From Dehalococcoidia bacterium (lineage in GTDB: Bacteria > Chloroflexota > Dehalococcoidia > Bin125): 64,000 bases of DNA. Where the stretch lies: assembly GCA_963662615.2 (NCBI GenBank), contig CAXXSR010000001.1:1-64000 (forward strand). The letters run 5' to 3'. Each line of letters begins with the position of its first letter. The first letter of the stretch is position 1. The notes beneath the pieces were generated by a model, which saw nothing but the letters and a program-made list of their open reading frames with translations, was not told the DNA's origin and ran no database searches. Below are positions 1 to 7,867 of the stretch, piece by piece. The translations under genes were made by a program, and so were the position numbers.

Positions 1-377
1 CCGTGTTGCCTCAACGCCGCGAGCCGGAACTGAGCAGAGGAGACGCAAGGGCACGAGTCACGACGGTCCGGTCTCCGCGCGTATACGGCCGTCACCCCGT
101 TCCGGCGCGCAGCTACCGTAGAATCGGTCCGCTCCAGGTGCAAGGTGAGCCGAACCGTCTCCATCCTTTGCAGAAACGGCGGTTCTCCCAGGAAAATGTC
201 AACCAGAATTCACCGGGACCGCCCCGCCCTGCGAACGCCCCGTCGGCGGATGGACAGCGGCATTTCCTCGTGCTGCGTCCAATGGAGCTGAGAGGCCACC
301 GGAGCTGCCGCCGAGCCGGGCTGTGAGACGGAGGTCCGACAGGGGCGGCGCGCTGGGGATGGCGAGCTGTCGGCGGT

Positions 378-599
378 CTACTTGAGGCCCGCGGCGGCGC
401 CCAGCTGGCCCTCGATGGCCATGGTGATCCGCTTCCACACCCGGCGCCTGGCGGCGGCGGTGGGAGGCAGAGGGAGCCGTTGATGCCGCCGGTTGATGAG
501 CGGACGGGAATTCCGGTCGGTGGAGATTTGCCGCCGGTTCCCGTCCGCTTCGGCGGACGAGGCTCTCTGGGTAGGCGTCTCGCGCTGCGAGGTTGACAT
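378..599 (-). CDS. small hypothetical protein, weak resemblance to an anti-sigma N-terminal helix
   Basis: 73-aa ORF containing LPPTAAARRRVWKRI; lies in a region with sigma-factor fragments; may be non-coding. Confidence 0.25.
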   Translation of the reverse strand: MSTSQRETPTQRASSAEADGNRRQISTDRNSRPLINRRHQRLPLPPTAAARRRVWKRITMAIEGQLGAAAGLK

Positions 600-832
600 C
601 TGTGCGGTCGTCCGGCGCCGTGGAAACTCGACGCAAGCCCGGATTTGCAGGGGGTAATTCCCAGCCTACGGCGAGGCGGCGCAGGGGCGCATGGGGGCAG
701 TTCCCTATTCCGGCCGACGCGCTCCCTGTCTTGTCCGCCCTGCGTGGAGGGCCGTCGCGCCGCCGTGCGCTATCGGCAAGGATGAGGGCGGGTGGAACGC
801 TTGGCTAGGGGGCCGCTTCCGGCGGCCACCTC

Positions 833-1444
833 TCACTGCGCGCCGGTGACCTTGAGTGAGCTTTGCGATAATTCGATGCGGTAGCGGTGCCGCAGCACGA
901 GCGTCTCGAGCTGATCGTTCATCTCATCCTCTAGAGCGCCTTGAACGCCGCTGACGCTCAGGACGAAGCCGAAAATCTTGCCGATATCGATCTCGCGGAT
1001 GTCCACCAGCGGTACTTCGCCCTGCAGGTCGATCGATCCGCGCACCCTGATAATCCGGTCAGGGAGGGCGGGGATGTCCGAGCGCGCGATCGCTTCAAAC
1101 TCGCCGGTGGGATCCCCGCTGCTCATGCAGATGACGATGTCCTGGAAGGGCGGATCAGGTTTCTCCTGCATGAACCGATTGGCGCGAGAGGTAACTTCGC
1201 TCTCATCAAATGTTGCGGTCGCCGCGATGCCCGCATCAAGCGAGCGATTGAAGCTGTCCCACTTGAGTTGAAACTGGTCGGCGAAGGGCCGCGAACTGGC
1301 GATCACCCGATCAGCCTCGCCACATTCGAGCGCTGTCGACGGCCCCGGCAGGAAGAACAAGATCGTGAGCACGACTCCCGCGATAATGACCAGGGAAGGC
1401 AAAACGAGGACGAGATTGGTCGCGAGACTGACCCAACGCTGCAT
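833..1444 (-). CDS. hypothetical membrane-anchored protein
   Basis: N-terminal hydrophobic helix (LVLVLPSLVIIAGVVLTILFFL) then a soluble domain of normal composition; start moved to ATG 1444. Confidence 0.7.
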   Translation of the reverse strand: MQRWVSLATNLVLVLPSLVIIAGVVLTILFFLPGPSTALECGEADRVIASSRPFADQFQLKWDSFNRSLDAGIAATATFDESEVTSRANRFMQEKPDPPFQDIVICMSSGDPTGEFEAIARSDIPALPDRIIRVRGSIDLQGEVPLVDIREIDIGKIFGFVLSVSGVQGALEDEMNDQLETLVLRHRYRIELSQSSLKVTGAQ

Positions 1445-1725
1445 GGGTGTTGCGGATCCAGCACGGCGCCGCCAAGCGGGCGCTCCAGGTGGCGCAGACC
1501 GTGCGGAATGCATGGTGACACATCAGCGGGCCGGCGGTCAGGGGATCTGCTGTCGTCGTTGCCCGCGACTGCGGCCCTGACCGTCGCGCTGTGTGCCGGC
1601 AGTGACGGCGAGTGGCTTGGAGCCGTGCCTCGGCCGGACCGCCCCCATGCCCCGAGGGCGTTGCTCATGCACGGGGGAGGGAGCGTGGCGCCTACGAATC
1701 CTGTGGAAGAGGCGCTGCCGAGCCG

Positions 1726-2088
1726 ATGATCTTGAGGACCGCCGTGAGCGGCGTGTCAGTGGCTGGACGCCATGTCGGTGTGAATTGGCGACCAGCCGCC
1801 CGCGGCCGGCGGCACCGGGGCCGAACCAGCCAGATCGGAAAAGTCGAACAAATGAGCAGGCGCCTCGCTCTCCATGATCTTCGTACCCAACTGGCGGCGG
1901 ACGAGCGCGAGGTGCTCGCGCTACGGATCGGCGCGGCGCTGAGCTGCCGAGAAGTCGCCGCGCGCATGAATCGGACGGAGCAGTCCGTGCGGCGTTTGCA
2001 GCGGAACGGGCTGACAAAGCTGAGCATGTCGCTCAGGCAGCCGTCTGCCGGCCTCGCCCCAGATGCGGTAGACAAGACGGACACTTAG
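1726..2088 (+). CDS. sigma-70 region 4 (HTH)-only protein or ECF sigma remnant
   Basis: LAADEREVLALRIGAALSCREVAARMNRTEQSVRRLQRNGLTKL fits ECF region 4; no region 2 recognisable upstream; start uncertain. Confidence 0.6.
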   Translation: MILRTAVSGVSVAGRHVGVNWRPAARGRRHRGRTSQIGKVEQMSRRLALHDLRTQLAADEREVLALRIGAALSCREVAARMNRTEQSVRRLQRNGLTKLSMSLRQPSAGLAPDAVDKTDT

Positions 2089-2185
2089 GCTCCACTCTCA
2101 TGCCCATCGCGCCCCTCAATCTTCGCAGCAGTGCCCGCCTGGAGGCGTCCTTGCTGCGCTCGGTGTTGCGCCGTCTCCGAGAGGG

Positions 2186-2197
2186 TGACCTGCCCCC
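2186..2197 (+). repeat. IS3 left inverted repeat core
   Basis: TGACCTGCCCCC is the exact reverse complement of 3415-3426. Confidence 0.9.
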
Positions 2198-2251
2198 CCA
2201 AAACCGGTCCAGATCCTATGCGAGGATCCGGGCTGGGAGGAGGGAGTCGGC

Positions 2252-2530
2252 ATGGCGCGGAAGCGGTACACGGCAGAGCAGATCATCGGGAAACTGCGGG
2301 AGGCGGAGGTGGCCCTGGCGCAGGGCGAGAGTGTGGCCAAAGTGGCACGACGGCTCGGCGTCGCCGAGCAGACCTACTACCGCTGGCGGCGGGAGTACGG
2401 CGGCCTGCGGCTGGATCAGGCGAAGCGGTTCAAGGAGCTGGAGCAGGAGAACGCGCGGCTGAAGCGGCTGGTGGCCGATCAGGCGCTGGACCACGCCATC
2501 CTCAAAGAGGTGGCGTCGGGAAACTTCTGA
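2252..2530 (+). CDS. IS3 transposase OrfA
   Basis: MARKRYTAEQII...QTYYRWRREYGG...LEQENARLKRLVAD; GGGAAAC slippery heptamer at 2518-2524. Confidence 0.95.
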   Translation: MARKRYTAEQIIGKLREAEVALAQGESVAKVARRLGVAEQTYYRWRREYGGLRLDQAKRFKELEQENARLKRLVADQALDHAILKEVASGNF

Positions 2531-2554
2531 GCCCGGCGGCAGGCGGTTGCGCAC

Positions 2555-3397
2555 GTGCGAACCGCGCTGGCCGTCTCGGAGCGTCGGGCCTGCCGGGCCC
2601 TCGCCCAGCCGCGCAGCACGCAGCGGCACCCCGTGCAGGTGCCCGCGGACGAGCCGGCTCTGATCGCCCGGATCATCGCCCTTGCCCGCCGCTTCGGGCG
2701 CTACGGCTCCCGGCGCATCACGGCGCTGCTGCGGGCCGAGGGCTGGCGGGTGAACCACAAGCGGGTGGAGCGGCTCTGGCGGCAGGAAGGGCTGCGGGTG
2801 CCCCGGAAAGCCCCGCGCCGGCGGCGGCTTTGGGCGGCCGATGGATCCTGCACGCGGCGCCGGGCGGAGCGCCCGAACCACGTCTGGTCCTACGACTTCG
2901 TCAGCGAGCGGACCCACGACGGCCGGCCCCTGCGCCTGCTGACCATCGTCGACGAGTACACGCGGGAGTGCCTCAGCATTGACGTGGCCCGGCGCCTGCG
3001 GTCCGACGACGTCCTCGCCCGGCTGACGGCGCTCTTCGTGCAGCGGGGCCCGCCCACCTACGTCCGCTCCGACAACGGCCCCGAGTTCACGGCGACGGCG
3101 GTGCGTTCCTGGCTGCGTCGCCTCGGCGTGACGACACTCTTCATCGAGCCCGGCAGCCCCTGGGAGAACGGCTATGTGGAATCCTTCAACGGCAAGCTGC
3201 GCGACGAGTGCCTCAACCCCGAGATCTTCACCACGCTCACGGAAGCGCAGATCCTGGTCGATCGCTGGCGCCGGGAGTACAACCAAGTCCGGCCTCACAG
3301 CGCCCTCGGCTACCGCCCCCCCGCCCCAGAGACCCTGGAGGTCGGACCTCCCCACCCCACCCCTTTGGCAGACCGGATGGTTCTGGCACTAACTTAA
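2555..3397 (+). CDS. IS3 transposase OrfB (DDE integrase core)
   Basis: WSYDF, RSDNGPEF, PWENGYVESFNGKLRDE, YNQVRPHSALGY motifs. Confidence 0.93.
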   Translation: MRTALAVSERRACRALAQPRSTQRHPVQVPADEPALIARIIALARRFGRYGSRRITALLRAEGWRVNHKRVERLWRQEGLRVPRKAPRRRRLWAADGSCTRRRAERPNHVWSYDFVSERTHDGRPLRLLTIVDEYTRECLSIDVARRLRSDDVLARLTALFVQRGPPTYVRSDNGPEFTATAVRSWLRRLGVTTLFIEPGSPWENGYVESFNGKLRDECLNPEIFTTLTEAQILVDRWRREYNQVRPHSALGYRPPAPETLEVGPPHPTPLADRMVLALT

Positions 3398-3414
3398 GCC
3401 CTGGTACAACAATC

Positions 3415-3426
3415 GGGGGCAGGTCA
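3415..3426 (-). repeat. IS3 right inverted repeat core
   Basis: GGGGGCAGGTCA. Confidence 0.9.
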
Positions 3427-4683
3427 GACCGTCAAAGACTCTCCGCCGCTCGGATCGACAGTGGGGGGACGGGCGATCGTTCGAGGGGGCGACTCGGATT
3501 CAGGGGCGGCGGCCTTCCCTTCAGCTGAGGTGGCGAGGTCAGGCATGTTCTTGGCAGTGATGTGGCCGTCGTCGACGCTAGCGGAGGCGGCCGCCAGAGC
3601 GCCTACCAGCGAAGGGACGTCGCCCGCGGCAATCGCGCTCGATGCTTCCACGCGAAGCTGGCTGCTCTCCGCGGCCGCAACCGACCAGGCAGCGGTCGTG
3701 CTGCCACCGGTCGACCACGGCACGATGAGTCCCGCTAGGAGACCAGCGGCGAGGCCGGCTAACGCCATCTTGGACGCTGCCGTGCCGTGCGTCAGGAACC
3801 GCGTGGAGCGGGGGAGGAGCCCGCTGGGCACACCCGAGCCACTTCCAGGCGGAGCAGTCCTCAGTGCGGACGAAGAGCGCTGCCAGATCGTGGATCGGAG
3901 GGCTGGAGCCGCGCCCAGCAGGCCCAGGCCGGCAAAGATCTCAGCGGGCGAGACGAAGCGGCGCTTGCTCTCCTGGCATCGGGGGCAGTCTTCCAGATGC
4001 CGCTGAACGACAGCGCGGGTCTCGGGCGTGAGTTCGGCGGTGTTGAAGCCGGCGAGCAGCGCGTCCAACGCCTCGCATTCACGCCGGCCGCGACGCACGA
4101 GCAGGGTTGAGGTCACCGCTTCTTCCAACGAATGACGGAGCCGAGAGAGCCTGGTGTACACGTTGCCTTTGGCAACGCCAAGCTCCGCCGCCATTTCCTC
4201 CGCGCTGAGACCCTGGCGAAGATGCATGTCGAGAAGTGCGTACTCCGCGGGCTTCAGAGCGGAGGCGGCGCTCCACACGAGGTCCGCCAACTCGTGGTCC
4301 TGCGCTGCTGCCTGCGGATTCGCGGCCTGGTGCGTCTCGACGTGAGCGAAGGGGATCTCTTGGCCGTCGCCGTCACGCTCTTCCAGGGGGACCTGACGCC
4401 GGCCGTGACGGAGTTCATCAATCGCCTTGTTGCGCGCAACGGTATAGAGCCACGCCTTGAAGTTGCGAGGCTCCTTTCCTTTCGAGAGCTGCTCCCAGGC
4501 CTTGGCGAAGGCGCCCTGCACGACGTCCGCCGCGGTGTCTGAATCGCGGACGATGCGCAGACTGAAGTCAAAGATCCTCTCGAAGTAGCGCTCATAGAGC
4601 GCAGCGAAAGCGCCGCGATCGCCGCCTGCCGCCCGGGCGACAAGCTCTTCGTCGGTGTGCACGGCGGGGGCGACGGTCACCAT
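3424..4683 (-). CDS. ECF sigma factor fused to a zinc-finger (HxxxCxxC) anti-sigma-like domain and TM helix; C-terminus cut by the IS
   Basis: Region 2 (AFAALYERY, DVVQGAF, FKAWLYTVARNKAID), region 4 (LSAEEMAAELGVAKGNVYTRLSRLR), HLEDCPRC, TM segment; stop codon is the terminal TGA of the IS; start uncertain (4683-4779). Confidence 0.88.
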   Translation of the reverse strand: MVTVAPAVHTDEELVARAAGGDRGAFAALYERYFERIFDFSLRIVRDSDTAADVVQGAFAKAWEQLSKGKEPRNFKAWLYTVARNKAIDELRHGRRQVPLEERDGDGQEIPFAHVETHQAANPQAAAQDHELADLVWSAASALKPAEYALLDMHLRQGLSAEEMAAELGVAKGNVYTRLSRLRHSLEEAVTSTLLVRRGRRECEALDALLAGFNTAELTPETRAVVQRHLEDCPRCQESKRRFVSPAEIFAGLGLLGAAPALRSTIWQRSSSALRTAPPGSGSGVPSGLLPRSTRFLTHGTAASKMALAGLAAGLLAGLIVPWSTGGSTTAAWSVAAAESSQLRVEASSAIAAGDVPSLVGALAAASASVDDGHITAKNMPDLATSAEGKAAAPESESPPRTIARPPTVDPSGGESLTV

Positions 4684-5266
4684 CGCGGGCACTCCCATCG
4701 TCCTCGCGCGACTGGCAGCGGGCGCTGGAAGCGGCACCATCGCCCACCGACGTGACGGCGCCAGCGCGGTCTTGTGCACGCCGGGCGACGACGGCAGTGA
4801 GCGCGCGCAGGCGGGGAAGCCGCTCTGTCTTGACGGTGATCGTGGGCGAAATGGGCCGAAGACGGACGCAAGGCAACCATTCGCTCCGCACCTCCGTGCG
4901 TAGCGCGACGCTGCCTTACTGCGTCTACGCGGATGACCGCCGGCGTTTCTTGCCTTCCCTGCCCCTAGCTGGAGTACCAGACGGGGCGGCAGGACGCGGG
5001 CGTATCTTTATGTAGCCTATCCAGAGTAAAGGCAGACCCGAAAATCGTCAAGCGACATTCGGGTCAGGGATCACCTATTACGATGCGCTCCGGCCACCCT
5101 CCGCGGCGCTGGCGGGTGTGCCGCCCCCGCGACATGCCGACGTCCTCCTCACGCCCTCCGCGCTGCCGTTCAGCGCCGGGGGCGAAGCTCAGTGCGGAGG
5201 GGCGGCCGGGCGCTGCTGAACGAACTGGTCGATGCGGTCCTCCTGCTACGCTGCATCGGGGGACGC

Positions 5267-5824
5267 GTGCCGAGCGACGACTGGCGGAAGTACCTCAAGT
5301 TTCGCTGCACCGGCTGCGGGAACTGTTGCCGGCGCACGACCGTCCTAGTGGGTGACGAGGATGTGCGCCGTCTTGAGGAAGGGGCCGGCCGCCCGGCGCG
5401 CGAGTTTATCCGCTTCGCTCCCGAGAGCGATGTCCAGATCGAGCAGCGCAGTCCATGGTGGATTCGGTTCGGCGACGTGCGCGCGGTGATGGCGCTGCGG
5501 CATCGGCCGGGGGGCGCCTGCATCTTTCTGGACGATGACAATCGCTGCACGGTGTACGAGCATCGGCCGGTCACCTGCCGGGAGCACCCGTTTGAAGCGA
5601 CGATCTCGGACACGGGCGCCGTGCAGCACATCGCCTTGAGCGATATTGTGGACTGCCCGCACGCATGGGATGGGCAGATCTCGTGTCGGGAGGTTAAGGC
5701 GGTGGCGCGCTGGAACGAGCGCCAGAGCGACTCCTACCTGGACGAAGTGACGCGCTGGAACCGCCGCCGCCAAGGCCGGAAAACGCGCCCGGCGTTTCTG
5801 CGCTATCTGGGATTCGACGGATGA
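5267..5824 (+). CDS. YkgJ-family cysteine-cluster (CxxCxxCC) protein
   Basis: FRCTGCGNCC, CIFLD, CTVYEHRPVTCREHPF. Confidence 0.88.
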   Translation: MPSDDWRKYLKFRCTGCGNCCRRTTVLVGDEDVRRLEEGAGRPAREFIRFAPESDVQIEQRSPWWIRFGDVRAVMALRHRPGGACIFLDDDNRCTVYEHRPVTCREHPFEATISDTGAVQHIALSDIVDCPHAWDGQISCREVKAVARWNERQSDSYLDEVTRWNRRRQGRKTRPAFLRYLGFDG

Positions 5825-6030
5825 CATCCGAGGCGACACTTTCCCACCGCTTATCCCCGTCCAATGCACAGCGGCACGGGTGACTCTCCACGGCTTTTTC
5901 CCCCTGAACGGGAGACAGAAGGGTTGGAAGAGCGTCCCATCCCGTTAAGGCGCGCTGTGGGTCATTGACGATGGCGCTGGTTTCATCTACGCATCGGATA
6001 GGCTGTTACCTCGCAAAATCGCCTGTTTAT

Positions 6031-6165
6031 TCCCGGCTTCCTGGTTGCAGGGCCTGATACCGTGAGCCTCGACTCCAACGGGCGGTGAGAGCCGACCAGC
6101 GGAGTTCCGAAGAGCAAGCGGTTCAGGTAGTGGGCGCGGTACACGCTCACCCCACACGGCGGGTC
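6031..6165 (-). ncRNA. candidate 6S RNA-like long hairpin
   Basis: Intergenic; minus strand CCTGAACC can pair with GGTATCAGG, inner ACTCC/GGAGT hairpin, 5' CCCGCCGTGT; folded by eye only. Confidence 0.35.
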
Positions 6166-6628
6166 CGGCCGGAAGGCGTCGGCTGCAGCCGAGATAGCGT
6201 CGACCGGGCGCACGAGCCGTGGGGCCGTCCCGACGTTCGGGGCCCGCGAGGGCCAAAAGTGGCGGGAGCTTCCTGAAGGCCTTGAACAGTGGGGCTGGAG
6301 ACCCATTGGCGCGCTGGCTATCCAGCGTCTCATTCGGACCAGCCCTTCATTTCGACGTGGATGCTGTGTCGATCCCCGGCGAAATGGAGGGACGGCCGAA
6401 ACTCCGCGGACGCGGGCCCCAGCAGTAACTGCGGACCTCGGCCGAGTTTTGCAGGCGCTGCGGGCCCGCGTGCGCTTTAAGCGGGCTATACCAAGCCGCC
6501 CTTCGTGGTTTCAGCCCCGTCCAGTCCACGGATTTGTCGAACTCTGCCTGCCGATGCTACGATCGGTCCAGATGCTACGGCCTGTCGCGGGGAAAGCGCC
6601 GCGTTTGGCGACTGTGGAGGGCTGATCG

Positions 6629-6838
6629 TTGCTGCTGGTCACGCGCAAAGATGGAGAAGACGGCGAGGGTACGCTGCGCCGCTTCACGAAGATGGTGCAA
6701 CGGGACGGGATTCTCCAGGAGGCGCGTCGGCGACGGCACTTCATCTCCAACCGGGAGAAGCAGCGACAAGCCGAGCGCCGGGCGGCGCGCCGCCGCCGCC
6801 GGTCGCTCTCCAAGCAGACCCGACCTTTCCGTCACTGA
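6629..6838 (+). CDS. rpsU: 30S ribosomal protein bS21
   Basis: LRRFTKMVQRDGILQEARRRRHF motif, 69 aa basic; GGAGG Shine-Dalgarno upstream. Confidence 0.93.
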   Translation: MLLVTRKDGEDGEGTLRRFTKMVQRDGILQEARRRRHFISNREKQRQAERRAARRRRRSLSKQTRPFRH

Positions 6839-6856
6839 TCATCGTCAGGCTCAGTT

Positions 6857-7841
6857 TCAAGGGGTTTCCGGTCCCGGCGGCTGCCCTGCCAGGACTGTGC
6901 CGGGCTTCGGTCCGAAAAGCACTTTGACTCTGCCGTCCGCCACGAGGCAGGCAAGATCGAACTGCGAGAAGATCGCCGGGTCCATCCCTCGCAGTGCGAT
7001 GGCGGCGTTCTCTAGGGGTGATGCTTTCCATCGAGCGATAGATCCCGACGAACGCGAGGATTGTGAGGACCGCGCTCGTAGCTGCCACGCGGTCGGCCGC
7101 GCGACGCGTGCCAGCGCGCAGGGCTTTGCGCACGGCGGCGCCGTCGTCCGGCGTCGCCTCCGGTGAGGCGACCAGCAGCGTCGGCCGGGCGAGCCCGGGT
7201 AAGCGCTCAATGACCCAGGTGTCCTCCGCATCCACCTCGACCATCTTCCCCGGTGCGCGGATTCCGTTGGCCACCAGCACAATGAAGTCAATCAGCTTTG
7301 TCACCTCTGCTGGGTTCTCCGAGAGCCGGTGGATGGCGCTGCTATCGAGTTGGAACTGGCCGACGACCTGCCCGGTGAATCGCGCCCAGTGAGGCGACAG
7401 GCCTCCGGCGACGCTGAGGTACGACCCTTCCTCGCCCACCTTGCGCAGGCCCAATTTCACCGGGAAGCCTATCTCTGCGCGCTCCCCGTCGCCGAGAGCC
7501 TGCGCCGCCGCGACAACGCGCGAGGCGACCTGCTCGACGTCATCCGCGGGGAGAGCGGCGCGCGGCGGTAGCCAGATGAGGAGCCCTTCCATGCCCGCTC
7601 GCGACAAACGCTCTTCCAGTGCGGCCTTGCGCCGCAGCGTCTCGGGATCAGCGGTGGCGTCGAAGAGCGGCACGATGGCGAGCGCGGCAGCTGCAGGGCC
7701 CACCGTAAGGGATAAGAGAGCGAGATCTGGATCGACCTGGTCCGGGGGGACCCAGTCGACATCGTGTCCATGCTCCCTGCGGGTCCAATTGGCGAACGCC
7801 GCCGCGGCAACTCGCGCAAGCTGCGTTCGCGGATCCGCCAC
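6857..7841 (-). CDS. hypothetical protein with an apparent 1-nt frameshift near 7016
   Basis: Protein-like frame to YRSMESIT continues in another frame as LENAAIALRGMDPAIFSQFD to stop 6857; extra base in a G/C run. Confidence 0.7.
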
Positions 7842-7867
7842 GGCGTGGGGCCCGTTCCCTGTTGCGC

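Larger units (their letters stand above)
2186..3426 (+). mobile_element. IS3-family insertion sequence (IS407-group-like)
   Basis: Terminal inverted repeats TGACCTGCCCCC / GGGGGCAGGTCA, orfA HTH, orfB DDE integrase core; no flanking target duplication. Confidence 0.95.

Noticed and set aside
4840-5070. c-di-GMP riboswitch-like words and the GACCCGAA/TTCGGGTC hairpin
   Set aside because: Only partial motif match and no convincing two-stem structure; hairpin function cannot be assigned
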